A stretch of 64,000 bases of DNA, from assembly GCA_025594325.1 (NCBI GenBank), contig JANHCV010000011.1, positions 992,001-1,056,000 on the forward strand, in the 5' to 3' direction. The stretch is from Blastocladiella emersonii ATCC 22665. Lineage: Eukaryota > Fungi > Blastocladiomycota. Within the stretch, counting starts at the first letter, position 1. Every line of letters begins with the position of its first letter. Positions 42,649-54,118 of this stretch are shown piece after piece. The notes beneath the pieces were generated by a model. That model had not been told where the DNA came from. It did not search any database and worked only from the letters and a program-made list of their open reading frames with translations. Both the position numbers and the translations under genes were made by a program.

Positions 42649-45560
42649 TTAGATGATAGAATACACTACGTTAATACTCGACTGTGTTTTCTGTTTCTTG
42701 GCGTTCTGTGAGCCGTCCTCGCCTCCAGCACGTTTGTTGGCCAATCGCCGAAACCTTGCGTTGAGAGCATCTGACGCGCGCTTGGCGACTAGGTTCTCAG
42801 CTGCGTGCTGACGCGAGAAGAGAATCGCGTGGTCGAAGAGCTTGGCGATGCGCGGGTCGCCTGGTGCGATGGCTGTACCTTGATCGAAAGCGGTCTTGGT
42901 CAGCTCGTCAAGCATCTGGAGCCGCTTGTCCTCGGCCACTGCGAGTGGATCCGGCTTCATGGACTTGAGCACGGCTCTTGGGATCGGCTGAAGCACCCAC
43001 AGGTACTTTGAGCGATGAAGCCGCGATAACGCCACGTAGCCGCGTGTCGAGCAGGTTGAAGGCGTGGCGCGTGTGGTTGTCGGGCGCGATAACCGTGAGT
43101 CCTGGCTTCTTGAGGATCTCCTTGAGGACGTTGTTGCCGTTTTCGTCGACCTGCTGCTGAAGATGAGTGGTCGTACGCGAGTTGATCAGGTCGCACAGCG
43201 TGTCCGACGCCTCGACGAGGCGGAGCGCGTCCATTTTGTTGCCCCATGGTGGATCGTCGGCAAATCGGTTGCTCTTCACGAGACGAACAGCGCGTGTAGT
43301 GCGCCAGTACGCGACCTGGCCTCGATCCACGTGCTCGGGGACCGTCAATTGATTTGACGTCATGCGCAGGTAGAACGAGTCCGGCGCGTCGTTGAGCACG
43401 GCGGGCACCTTGTACAGGGCAGTTCCGTTGACGGGAGGCAGCTGTAAATGATCGCCAGCGAGCATGACGATGCACCCGCCGAATGGTTCGTCGCACCGCC
43501 GCAGGAGGCGCAGGTTCGCGTCGATACGGCCGAGTAAAGTCGCGTCGCACATGGAGAACTCGTCGATGACGACGCCGAGACGCCCTTTCCACGCGATGGC
43601 AACCGCAGGATCGGTACGCAAACGGGCCACGTCCGGGCTGTTTTCTTTTGGCCTTGGCGAAAAAGAGAACGCGTTGTGGATGGTCGTACCGCCAATGTTG
43701 GCGGCCGCGATCCCGGTCATGGCCATGGCCATGACCATGAGGCACTTTTCCCGGTTCCAGGACGCGAGAAAGTATCGGATTGCATCGACGACGCGCGACT
43801 TGCCCGTGCCGCCCGAGCCGGTGAGAATGACCGGCGTCCGGTCCTTGCTCATGGGCGGGAGGGCCGCGGTGCCGACGACATGTTGGACGTCGTCGCGGCC
43901 CAACAGGATCACGTTCTGCTCGGCCGAGGCCGCAGCGTCTGCGATACCCGCGTTGCCGCCGATGAAGGTGTCGATGAGTGGCATGAGTAAGAGCACGAAC
44001 GCGCGGTGCTTCTCTTCGTTGAGGTTGAACTTGAGCGAGACCTGCGCAAGGCTCGCGTACGCGGGCGAGTGCACAATGCGCCGCTTCTCGTCGCTCCACT
44101 CGTCGCCGCGTGTGTCGTAGGCAAAGTTGCTGATCGAGTGCGCGGCCTTGGTGATGAGGAACCGCGCGCGCGCGTCAGGATCCGTTGGCGTGGTCGTGAA
44201 GGCGCTGCGCAAAACGTCGACGGCTGGTCCGAGTTCTGGTTCGGGCACGTCGACGGCCATTTCCGGGTCGATTCCATGCTGAGATGTGTTTGTCGAGGCT
44301 CCAGATGGCACTGCGGGAACAATACCGATCATGGGTGGCTGCCCGGGCCCGGGAACGACAGGTACGGCGCCGATATAGGCGGTCGGATGACCTTGAGCCG
44401 CGGCAGCGCATAGTTGAGCCATGATTTTCTTGACCTCAGTCGGCGAGATGGGCGTCTCGAGGTACGGCGGCGGCGGCGCGGCGTTGACATCAAACGGCTG
44501 CACGTCGGGGAAGAGCAGGGTGCCCATCATGCCGTGGCCCATTCCAGGGATCAGCGTAGAGGTCACGCTCTCGATGCGCTCGAGGTTCGCCTCGGTTTCG
44601 CCGTCGTCGGCCAGGATGCCCTCCACGTCCGAGTTGACGATAGTCGGGTCGAGAACAATGTCGTTCTCCGACTGACCAAACATGGTCCACGAAGCGGCTA
44701 CAGAGCCGTCATCGGTAGTCGGCTGGTTGCGCGAGCTGGTTTCGCCGTCGCGGTCAGGAACGTAGAGCTCCCCCTTCTCCTCATGCGACAGCTGCGCCGC
44801 GAGCTCGGCGTTCTCGCGATCGTGAAGCTCGCGGAACTCGCGAGCGCCGTCAAGGCTGAAGTAGTACTCCTGCGCGTACTCGAGATGGTCGAGCGCGGGG
44901 TGGCCAGGTTCGAGCGTCTCCTTGAACGCCTTGAACTTGCCGATCGCATCGCGGAGCCCTGCGCGTGGAGGATGTCGCTCGAGACGCGGAAGTGCTGGAG
45001 AAGCAGTAGCGCCATGCGGCAGTACTTTTCCTCGGACCCAGCGACGTCGGCAAACTTGCGCGGGTCGGGGAGGTGCGGACCAGCAATTTTGGGCACGGCC
45101 TCGACGTCCTTCTTGCGCAGCTCAAACGTCTTGGCGAGCGGATGGTCGGCCATGAAGCAGAGCTTCTTGACGGGCGGGATCTCGGCGTCGGGTTCGAGGT
45201 CTGGTTGAGCGGGTTCCACACGGCCGCCGTCGGCCAGGACCTGGCGCATCTTCTTGGGCATGGCGACGCGCGACCACGTGCGGACAAAGTCATACCACGA
45301 CAGCCGCTCGAGTTGGGCCCGCCGGAAGATGTAGTCGTGGAGCGCGACGTTCAGCATGGGCTTGCCGTCGACGTTGATGAGCGACGCGATGCACTCGACG
45401 TCCTCGTTGGTCGCCTCGCCGGCAGCGACGCCCGCGAGTTTGACCCACTTGATGCCCTGGTAGAGCAGCAGCGGCGCAAACTTGTGCGAGAAGATGCCCG
45501 CGGCTGACGTGTGCAGGAACAGGGCGGCCATGGTCTCGGGGACCTCCATGCAGTTCGCCG
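42649..45560 (-). pseudogene. Helitron RepHel C-terminal half / PIF1-family helicase, frameshifted and internally deleted
   Basis: EVPETMAALFL...SHKF, DYIFR..LERLSWYDF, HP...VPKIAGPHLP, Walker A ILTGSGGTGKS, VVIDEFSM, GGCIVMLAGDHLQLPPV, RFADDP. GYVALSR is out of frame. No HUH motif upstream. Confidence 0.88.
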
Positions 45561-46345
45561 ACCCGGGCTTCCCCGGCGACGAGGCCTTCACCTCGGCAGG
45601 CGTGCCGCGCACGATGGAGGGCATGCGGGCCGAGCTCAACGAGGCCACGGAGGTGTACCGCGAGTGCATGCGCGACGGCCGCGAGAACTTTGTCAACAAC
45701 CTCGCCGCGCACCAGGCCGCCCGCGCCGCGGCAAACGGCGTCGCATCGGGCGCCGCTGGTCACGGTGTGCAGCAGGTCGCCGCCTCGATTGCCGCGGAAC
45801 CCGCGGCGCAGCAGCTCACCATCCAGCAGCCCGTCGACATCTCGGCCGCCGCCGTCTCGCCCGCCGCGGCGCCCGTGACGCAGGAGCACGCGATCCAGCC
45901 GCCCGCTGTCGTGTCGCCCGCCATCAACTCGCCCGCCAACACCAAGAACGCCGGCGGCATGAACACCGGCACCAAGAAGTACGGCGGCTTCCCGAGCTGC
46001 GCGGACCCCATTTGCACGCACTCGTTCATCGCGATCGGCAGCATCGACAAGATCGTCGCGGGGGTGCCGGACTCGAACTCCGTGTCGGTCGGGTGCGACA
46101 TGGACGACGCGGCCGCAGCTGCGGCTCCGACAACCGCGGCGCTCGAGGCGTGCACGCCCGCCGCCATCGGTGACGACCAAGCCGGTGTCCCGACGTCTAC
46201 CGCCAACGCGACGAAGCGCACGGCGGCGACCGCCGCCGCGGCCGCCGAGGAGGAGCACGAGGAGCACGAGGAGTGCGTCGTCAACAACGAGCACGAGGCG
46301 CAGCCCAAGCGGCGCCGCAGCGGCCGCCTGTTCTCGTCGACCTGA
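45482..46345 (+). CDS. Unknown Ala-rich ORF or gene fragment antisense to RepHel inside element B
   Basis: Strong plus-strand codon bias from about 45560; occupies the position where Rep should be. Real start unknown. Confidence 0.4.
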   Translation: MCEKMPAADVCRNRAAMVSGTSMQFADPGFPGDEAFTSAGVPRTMEGMRAELNEATEVYRECMRDGRENFVNNLAAHQAARAAANGVASGAAGHGVQQVAASIAAEPAAQQLTIQQPVDISAAAVSPAAAPVTQEHAIQPPAVVSPAINSPANTKNAGGMNTGTKKYGGFPSCADPICTHSFIAIGSIDKIVAGVPDSNSVSVGCDMDDAAAAAAPTTAALEACTPAAIGDDQAGVPTSTANATKRTAATAAAAAEEEHEEHEECVVNNEHEAQPKRRRSGRLFSST

Positions 46346-47900
46346 TACACTCGCTCCCGCCCCGACTTTGTTCATTCCCCTCGCGCAGACTCTTGTTTCC
46401 TTTCGCTCAAAGAGACACTTTTCGCTTTCCCACGATCTGATCTTCCCGCGCAAGTCGGTGCAAAGCGCACCGCGCGTCGAGCAACGCGCGTTGCGCGACC
46501 AGCCGAACCCCACCCATCCGCGGGTTGGGCCGAAGCACGTCACGTGCGCAGCCAGGACGCGTTGCGCCACAGCGGTCAGATGACAAACGACGCGTCTGTC
46601 ACGCGTTTTGAGGACATTCACATGACGAGAGGGCGACATGCTCACGTGAGCGTCGGCAGCCTATCCGGCCGCGATGCGGTCTAGAAAGAGGGCTTTAGCC
46701 CTCGACTGAACCTTGAAGACGCAACGGCGCCCGCCGACGCGCGTTGGTTCTGGCCGTCACGGCAGTCGCGCGGCGCCGCGGCGGCGGTAGCCTCGCGTCA
46801 TACCCCGCGCTTCGTGTCGTCCGCCCGCTGCTCGTCAATCCGGACTGGATCTCCTGCGGCACTAAAGACCTCGAAGCGTGTCATTTAGATCATTTACACG
46901 GCGCATCAGGATCCCGGATTAGCTCGCGCTGCGAGCCTCTCAGTCCTCAATCGGGTCGCCCACGCCTTCCAAAACCCGACACAGGGCTTAGAGCTCATAT
47001 ACAGAAAGAGTCTGCAACTGTGACCATCAAACCGAGAGCGAGATCATGGTCGTCAACATGAAAGATCGTTCGCCGCCGTGGTCCTATGTGCTCCAGCTGC
47101 GTTCTTGCAAGGATCTGTCGCGGGCGACTCGCCGCCCATGACCAACACCAACAGCCACACTCGAGGCAGCCTGGGCCATGGTAGTGCTTTCGGTACGATG
47201 TCATGGTTGCAGGAAGTTGCAGCGCGGTGTGTTGCGTCGCGCGACAATTTCATGTACACTGGTTCGGTGAACGAAAAACAGCTCCTGTGATCGGGTCGAG
47301 TCATTGAAAATTGCATCTATGCATGCTCACGCGACTTCCAGTGATCGCCTGCACGCCCGTTTGAAAGCGATCAGGCAGCCGAGTCTGGCCATCATCGTCC
47401 CATCGTTCCCTTCCACGACTTGGTATACGTGTCCGAGCCCTTCGTGAGAGTTTACAGAGGTCGCTACGATGTCGGGCCTGAAGCACGAGGTGCCGGCCGT
47501 GACCGTCAGACAACTCGAGGTCAGGATCACGGCGGCGATCATGTCCGCGCAAGTCGCGAGTCACGCACGCACACCACTCTCCTGCCCATTTTCAGGCCTT
47601 GCGGCCTGCGCTACGATGTGAGAGTGGAACAGCAGCCTGCACTTGAGCGGAGCGGAATGGGGCGCGTCGAGGTGTCATGAGCGAGCGCGAGACACGCGAG
47701 ACGCGACGCGCGAGACACACACGTGTCCGCGGTCACGCGCGGATCACGTTGCGGCGCGTCGCCCTCGTTTTCTCTCCGCCGCTCCTTCGCGCCTTCGCCA
47801 CACGGCCCGCGTCCCCTCGACCCCTGCGCTACGCAAGCTGATGCATCTGTGATCCACGATCGACGCAACTCGCCGCAACATCACCACCAAGCCTGCTACC

Positions 47901-48260
47901 ATGTCCACCTCTTCTTCCAAGTCCGCCGGCGCGTCAAGCGGCCTGATCTCCGCTGCGGCCGTGGCGCACAACGCGCGCTCGCTCGACTTCATGCGCTCGC
48001 TGTTCAGCGTGGTCGCCGGTACCGCCGCGGGCGTGCTCGGGCTGACGGGTTTCGCCGGGTTCGGCTTCTACATTGCGGCGTCGCTGGCCATGTCGGCGGT
48101 GATCGTGGCGACCAAGTGCGTGGCGCACGGCGGCGGGTCGCCGAGCAAGTTCTTCAAGTCGCCCGTGTCCGAGCTCGTCGGCGACGGGCTTACGTCGGGG
48201 ATCTTTGCCTACGTGCTGTTCTGGACCATGGTGAACGGGATCATCCGCATCTACGGCTAG
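47901..48260 (+). CDS. EMC6: ER membrane protein complex subunit 6
   Basis: HNARSLDFMRSLFSVVAGTAAGVLGLTGFAGFGFY ... GLTSGIFAYVLFWTMVNGIIRIY; 119 aa. Confidence 0.9.
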   Translation: MSTSSSKSAGASSGLISAAAVAHNARSLDFMRSLFSVVAGTAAGVLGLTGFAGFGFYIAASLAMSAVIVATKCVAHGGGSPSKFFKSPVSELVGDGLTSGIFAYVLFWTMVNGIIRIYG

Positions 48261-48338
48261 CCGTCGCCGTTGTCCTGCCTGCGCAAAAAGTGTGTAAATA
48301 CAATCCAAATGCAATCAATCAGCCCCACCAAAACCTAG

Positions 48339-51300
48339 CTAGTTCACAAACACGGCGTGCAGCTTCTCGAGCTCGGCGGGCGTCGACACGTAGCAGTTGA
48401 CGCGTGCGCCGCCCTGCGGCCCGCTCCCCATGGCCCCCGGCACGACGCTCGCGACGACGGGCACACGCACGCGCGCGACGCGCGGCGTCTTGTCGATGCC
48501 CGTGAGCTGCGTGGCGAACGAGAAGCTGGACGACCCCGACATGCGCCGCGAGTGGCGGATGCGGGCGGCGACGGGCGACGCGGTGCCGACCGGGTGCTGC
48601 AGGCGGAACACCTGCCCCTGGAGCATGGCCGCCTTGCGCGCGAGGAGCCGCGCCTGCACGCGCTGCCGCTGCAGCTGCACGCTGGCGCGCTTCTCGAGGG
48701 ACGCCCACGCGGGGGTGCGGCGCGACTTGGACGAGTCGGTGGCGGTGGAGAGATCGACGACGCGCGGCGACGACGCCAGCTCGCGCGCCTGGCGCAGCAG
48801 CGCCCGCGTCTCGAGCGCCACGTCGCGCAGCTTGCCGTCGAGCTGGCCGAGCATCGAGGACGACGACTGCGGCTCGTCCGACTCCGTGACCGATTCCTCG
48901 GCGACGGCGGGCGCGACGCGCGGGACGGGGCACAGCTCGAGCTGCGCGAGGAGCTTCCCCGCGCGCAACCGCGCGTTCTCGGCGCGGAGGTGCGCGATCC
49001 CGGCGACGAGCGCCTGGACCGACGACGCGGTAGGTCCCGCGGGGTGTCGCGGGAGGAGCGTCGCGACGGGTCCCGCGCTCGCGGGCGCGGCGCTGGCCGC
49101 CGACGACGCGCGGCTCGCCTCGGCAGCCTTGAGTTTCCGCGCGAGCTCGCGGTTGGCGGCCTCGAGCTCGTGGGCCTCGCCCTTGAGGTGGTCAACAAAC
49201 CGGTTGAGGTCCTCGATCTCGTTTGCCTGGGCGTCGACGGTGCGCGCGAGGTCTTCGGCCTGGGCGGCGTTGGCAGCGGCCGACTCGCGCGCGAGACTGC
49301 GCGACTCGAGCAGCTGGCACTTGACGACGAGCTCGCGGACCTCCTCGTCCTTGGCGCGGAGCTCGGTGAGGGCGCGCGTCAGGCGCGCCTGCGCGTCGGC
49401 GACGGCCGCCTGCATCCCGGCGTCCGTGGCGCGCTCGCGCTTGAGGGCGTCGGCGCGCGCGGACCACGGCGCGGGCGCGGAAGGGCCGAGCGGGTCCGCG
49501 GGCTCGCCGGCGGTCGCTGCCGCGCTCGTCGTCTCGTATAGGACCGCGAGGTCCGCGGCCGCGCGCTTGACGGTGTCGACGAGGACCGCGAGCGGGCGCG
49601 GCTCCGTCTTGTCAAAGTGGCGTACCGTCGCGGACGCCACCTCCTCGTGCAGCGCGTCGGCGGTCCACGCCTTGGACGGGCTCACGACACCTTCATCGTC
49701 CTCGTCGGCATCGTCGCCGTGCAGCACGCCCGTGCGCTGCGCGAGGTCCTTGAGGTACGCGGCCGACAGCTGGACGTTGGCGAGCACGCCGTTGACGCTG
49801 GCGGCGTTGACGCCGAGCCCGGCCTTGGCGTCGGTGAGGACGCGCGACAGCTTGCGCGCCGACGCGCGCACGTTGGCGAGCTGCATCGCGAGCGTCTCGG
49901 CGACCCCGTCCATGACACTCAGCCCCGCGAGCGCCTGGACCGCGACCGCGGCGCGCGCCGCCGCGTCCTCGGTGCCCTGGACCGCGACGAGCTGGATCCG
50001 TCGGTGGACGGCGGCGCGGACGGGGACAGGCGGGGCGGTGAGCTTGGCGAGGGTGGCGTCGAGCTGGCGGTTGATGCGTGCGAGGTCGGGCGTGGTGGCG
50101 GCGGCGCGCAGGGCGCCGTCCGACTTGAGTTGCGTCAGGGCGGTGTCGAGGCGGCGCTCGGCCGACGCGAGCTCGCCGTGGGTGCGGCCGACGACCGCGA
50201 CGAACGTGTCGGCGGGACACGACTCGATGAAGGCGGCGAGCGCGTGTGCCGCGCCGCGCATCCACGACAGCTCGTGCGCGAGGTCCATGGTCGCCGCGTC
50301 GGAGGCGGCCTCGGGCGACGACGCTGTCGTGGGGCTAGTCGGGGCGACCGCGTTCGAGCTCGACGTCGACTTGGCGTACCGCTGGAGCACGTCGGCCTTG
50401 AACTGGATCCGGCGCGCGATGAGGAGCGCGGCGATGGGCTCCTGCTCGGTGACGAAGAAGGCGTCGGGGAGGTAGACCTGGAGGAGGGCGACGTGCTCTG
50501 CGGCCTGGGCGGCCTCGAGGTGCTTGAGCTCGAGGTCGATGGTCTTGGCCTGGACCTTCATGGCGTGCGTCTGCAGCTTGAACGACATGGCGAGCATCTC
50601 CTGCTGCTCGGCTCCCGCCGCGGTGGCGCTCCCACCGAGCGCGCGCGTGGCCGCAGCCGCGGCGGCAGGGGTCGCCGTGGTCGCGCGCAGCTCCTCGTTC
50701 TCGCGGGTGAGGTTCTTGACGAGCTCGCGGAACTGGCCGATCGTGCGCTCGTAGTCGGCGAGCGCGTCCTCGTTGCGGGCGAGCTGGTTCTCGAGGTCGC
50801 GGATCGTGCGGTCGCGGGCGTCGAGTTCGAGGAGCAGCTCGCGCTCGGTCTCGACGTGATTATCCTCGAGCTCCTCGTTGAGCTCCTTCATGGCCTCGAG
50901 GTCGTCAATGTACCGCTGCAGGTCGTCGAGCTTCTCGTTGAGGTGCAGGTTCTTTTCGGAGAGCTCCTCGACGAGCTCCTCGGCGCCGCTTGCGTCCTCG
51001 AGGGCGGCGCGCAGCTCGTCGATGGTCTCCTCGGCCACCGCCAACTGCTCGCGGGCGAGCGCGTACTGGGCCTTGGCGTCGGCCCCCTGGGCGGCCTCGG
51101 TCTCGAGGACGCGGATGCGGTGGCCGAGCTCCTCCTCGAGGTCGTCGCGGGACTCCTTGAGCTTGACAATCGCGTCCTTGAGCCGCTCGTTCTGGCGCTG
51201 GAGCTGGAGGACGGCGGTGGGGTCGGCGGCGGTCTGCGCGGCCTCGTGCTCGCCGAGCTCGAGCTCGCCGCGGACGACTTCGAGGTCGAGCGCGAGCTCC

Positions 51301-52947
51301 TCGCACCGGTCCTTGGACGCATCGAGCTCCTGCTCGAGCGTCTCGCACTTCTCCTCGGCCAACTCCTTGTCGAGGGTAACGAGCTCGAGCGCGCCCGTCG
51401 TCTCGGCGAGCTTCTCCTCGAGCTCGTCGCGCTCGGCAGCCGCGGATTTCGCCTCGCGCCGCAGCTCGCGCACCTCGGTCTGCAGCTCCGTGACGCGGTC
51501 GTGCAGCTTGTCGCGGGCGGCGATCGCGTGCTGCGCGTCCTGCTGCAGGTCCTCGAGCCGGCGGATCGTCGCCAGGTCCTCGGACCGCTTGGTCTCCAGC
51601 AGCTTCACCTTGGCGCGCAGCTCCTCGTAGTCCTTGAGCGGGACCGTCGCCGCGGGGGTGGCCGGGAAGGGGAGGGATTGTTGCGAGAAACCGAGCTGCT
51701 CGCGGGAGGGCGTCGGCATGGAAATGTGCGTCGGGTGCGCCGCGAGGGAGCGGGAGGTGGAGGGCGGGGGAGAGGTGACGGGGCTGATGTCGTCCTCGAC
51801 GTGAAGCGGCGCGGGTACGGGCGCAGGTGGCGAGGCGGCGCGCGGGATCACGGCGGCGGCCACGGCGGGCTTGACGACGGGCGCCGGCGCCGGGGCCGAT
51901 TCGGGTTCCGGGACGGGCTCGACCTTGACGGGTTCAGGGACTGGCGCCGGAGCCGGGATGGGCTGAGCGACGACGGGCGTGGGTGTCGCCGGAACCGGTG
52001 CAGCGACCGGCGCAGGAGCTGGCGCGGCCTGGACAGGTGCGGGCGCGGGCGCGGGCGTCGGCGTTGGCGTAGCAACCGGCACAGGCGCGGGCGGCTCGAC
52101 CTTGGGACTCGCGACGCGGGAGACCGCGGCCGAGGCCGCCGCCGACTCGGCCTGCTGCTGCTGCTGCTGCTGCATCTCGAGGGCCTGCTTCTGCTTGTTG
52201 GCGGCGATATTGGTGACGAGGTCGCGGAGGGCGGCCATGGCGGCATCGTCCTGCTTCGGGGTCTCGGCCACGACTGGCGCGGGCGCCGCGGCGGCAGGCG
52301 ACGTGGGCGCGACGGACTCGGGGCTCATACTCCGATGAATTGGCGTGGTAGTTCGCGAGATCGGGTCGGCGGACGCCGAGGAGCCGGCCGCCGAGGGCGT
52401 GGTCGGGCGCGCGGGCGGGCGGTTGCTGCCGAGTGCCGCGGCCTGGGCGGCGGCGATCATGGACATGCGCTTGCCCGCGGAGCCGGCGGCGGCGGCGCGC
52501 GGGGTGCCGGGGCCCGCGGGCGAGGTCGAAGACGACGACCCGGACACGGACATGCTGCGGCCGATGACGGAGCTGCGCGACGAGCGGGTCGCGGGTGGGG
52601 TGGCGACCGAGTCCTGTTAACGCACAAGCGGTCAGCATGCGATCGCGTACAGCACAACTCGAGAAGCGTACAGCCGAGCGCGAGACAGCAGGACTACTCC
52701 CCGCAGCCTCCAGCGGCTTGACCTGCGACGCGCGCAGGAACAGGCCGTAGTTGGGCTCGCAGTCAAAGTAGCGGATGCCCATGACGCTGCCGTCGTTCTT
52801 GCCGCGCGGCTCGTCGAGCACGACGCCGGCCCAGACGCCGGCCGCGAACTTGGTGGTGCCGTAGAACTGCACGGTGCCGGCGCCGCCCGAGCACGTCACG
52901 CGGTCGCCCGGCTTGAGGGCGTCGCCGCCCGAGGAGGTTGATGACAT
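48339..52947 (-). CDS. DCTN1: Dynactin p150Glued (CAP-Gly, coiled coil, dynactin domain), 1 intron
   Basis: GTVQFYGTTKFAAGVWAGVVLDEPRGKNDGSV..YF.C...GLF; EELRAKVKLLETKR, LELVTLDKELAEEK, QNERLKDAIVKL. Confidence 0.95.
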
Positions 52948-53192
52948 GGTGCGGTTAGGATGCGTGTGGCGCTGCTTGCGTCGTCTTCATGGGTTGTCGC
53001 GAGGGATCTGCAAGGAGAGGGGAGAGGGAGAGGCGACCGACAAGGGTGGCGGTGGTGCGGCGGCGACGCGAATCCGGGCGGCTGACAGGCGTGGCACGCA
53101 GGAGCGCGGCCGTCCCACACCGCGACCATCTCGTTGCGGCCGCCGACCACCGCTCTCCGCTCTGCAACTCGACCGACTTGCACAATGGCACC

Positions 53193-54071
53193 ATGAATCA
53201 TCCAACGCTACCACCACCGACTCCGTCCCAGCAGCAGCCACAGCCACAGCAGACCCCGCGCACGGGCACTGGGGCAGGCCCCGTGCGGTCGCCGTCACTC
53301 ACGCCGTCCGTGATCCGGACCCCGTCGCGCGGGCCCGCCGCACCGCTCCCCGAGGTCCCGCCGGACGACGCCTTCACGGGGGGCCTGATCACGACCCCAC
53401 CCCTCCTCTCCCAGCTCGAACCGTCCGTCGAGCCCGCCGCCCCCGGCCGCCCGCCACTCTCCCGTTTCCGCCACCTCCTCCGCGGCCTCGACCGGTTCAT
53501 CGACGAGTACACGCGGCCCTTATCCGCGCACTCGGTGTCCACGGCCTTCTCGCGCGCCGCGCGGGACCAGCCCGACGAGATCGCCGAGTCGGCGTCGCAC
53601 GCGGCGCAGTTCCTGCGCGAGCGCGCGAAAGCGCACGTCAAGCGGTACCTCGCCGAGCTCGACCTGCAGAACCGCATGTACGCGCTCGAGCGCGCGACGA
53701 TCGCCGCCTCGCACAAAGCCGAGGCCGTGGATCCACCACCGCGGCGCAATGGGCCTGGGCCGGTGACCCCGCCCGTCGTCGCAACCCCCGTCCGCTCGCC
53801 CGCGTACGTCGCCAAGGCGATCCGGCGGCAGACGCTGGCGGCGCGGCGCGCGGCGGCCGCCGCCGAGGTCGCGCAGCTCGAGCGGGAACTGCAGTTCGAG
53901 GTCGCGGGGGTGCACGCGGCGCGCGCGGCGCTGGACGAGTCCGAGGCCGTGCGCAGCGACCGGTTTGCGAGGGTCGGCGGGCGACTCGCGCGGTTCGGCG
54001 GGTTGCCGCGCGCCGAGGAGATGCGGGACGCGGTGGTACGGGGGATGGAGACCGCGGGAGGAGGATTTTGA
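53193..54071 (+). CDS. Hypothetical protein, P-rich N-terminus and coiled-coil C-terminus
   Basis: Open frame with host codon usage; ATG in ACCATG context; no motif recognised. Confidence 0.55.
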   Translation: MNHPTLPPPTPSQQQPQPQQTPRTGTGAGPVRSPSLTPSVIRTPSRGPAAPLPEVPPDDAFTGGLITTPPLLSQLEPSVEPAAPGRPPLSRFRHLLRGLDRFIDEYTRPLSAHSVSTAFSRAARDQPDEIAESASHAAQFLRERAKAHVKRYLAELDLQNRMYALERATIAASHKAEAVDPPPRRNGPGPVTPPVVATPVRSPAYVAKAIRRQTLAARRAAAAAEVAQLERELQFEVAGVHAARAALDESEAVRSDRFARVGGRLARFGGLPRAEEMRDAVVRGMETAGGGF

Positions 54072-54118
54072 GCAACCAAGTTTTGTGAACCGCATACACG
54101 CGTTTATTTACTCCTCAA

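Larger units (their letters stand above)
42495..46705 (-). mobile_element. Helitron2/Helentron-like element B (4.2 kb), deletion derivative
   Basis: Same termini as A: 46688-46705 and 42536-42553 are inverted copies; hairpin at 42512-42526. Contains a PIF1-type helicase remnant. Confidence 0.82.

Noticed and set aside
46744-47700. Additional gene or TE between element B and EMC6
   Set aside because: Only short, stop-interrupted frames; no motif or terminal structure found.
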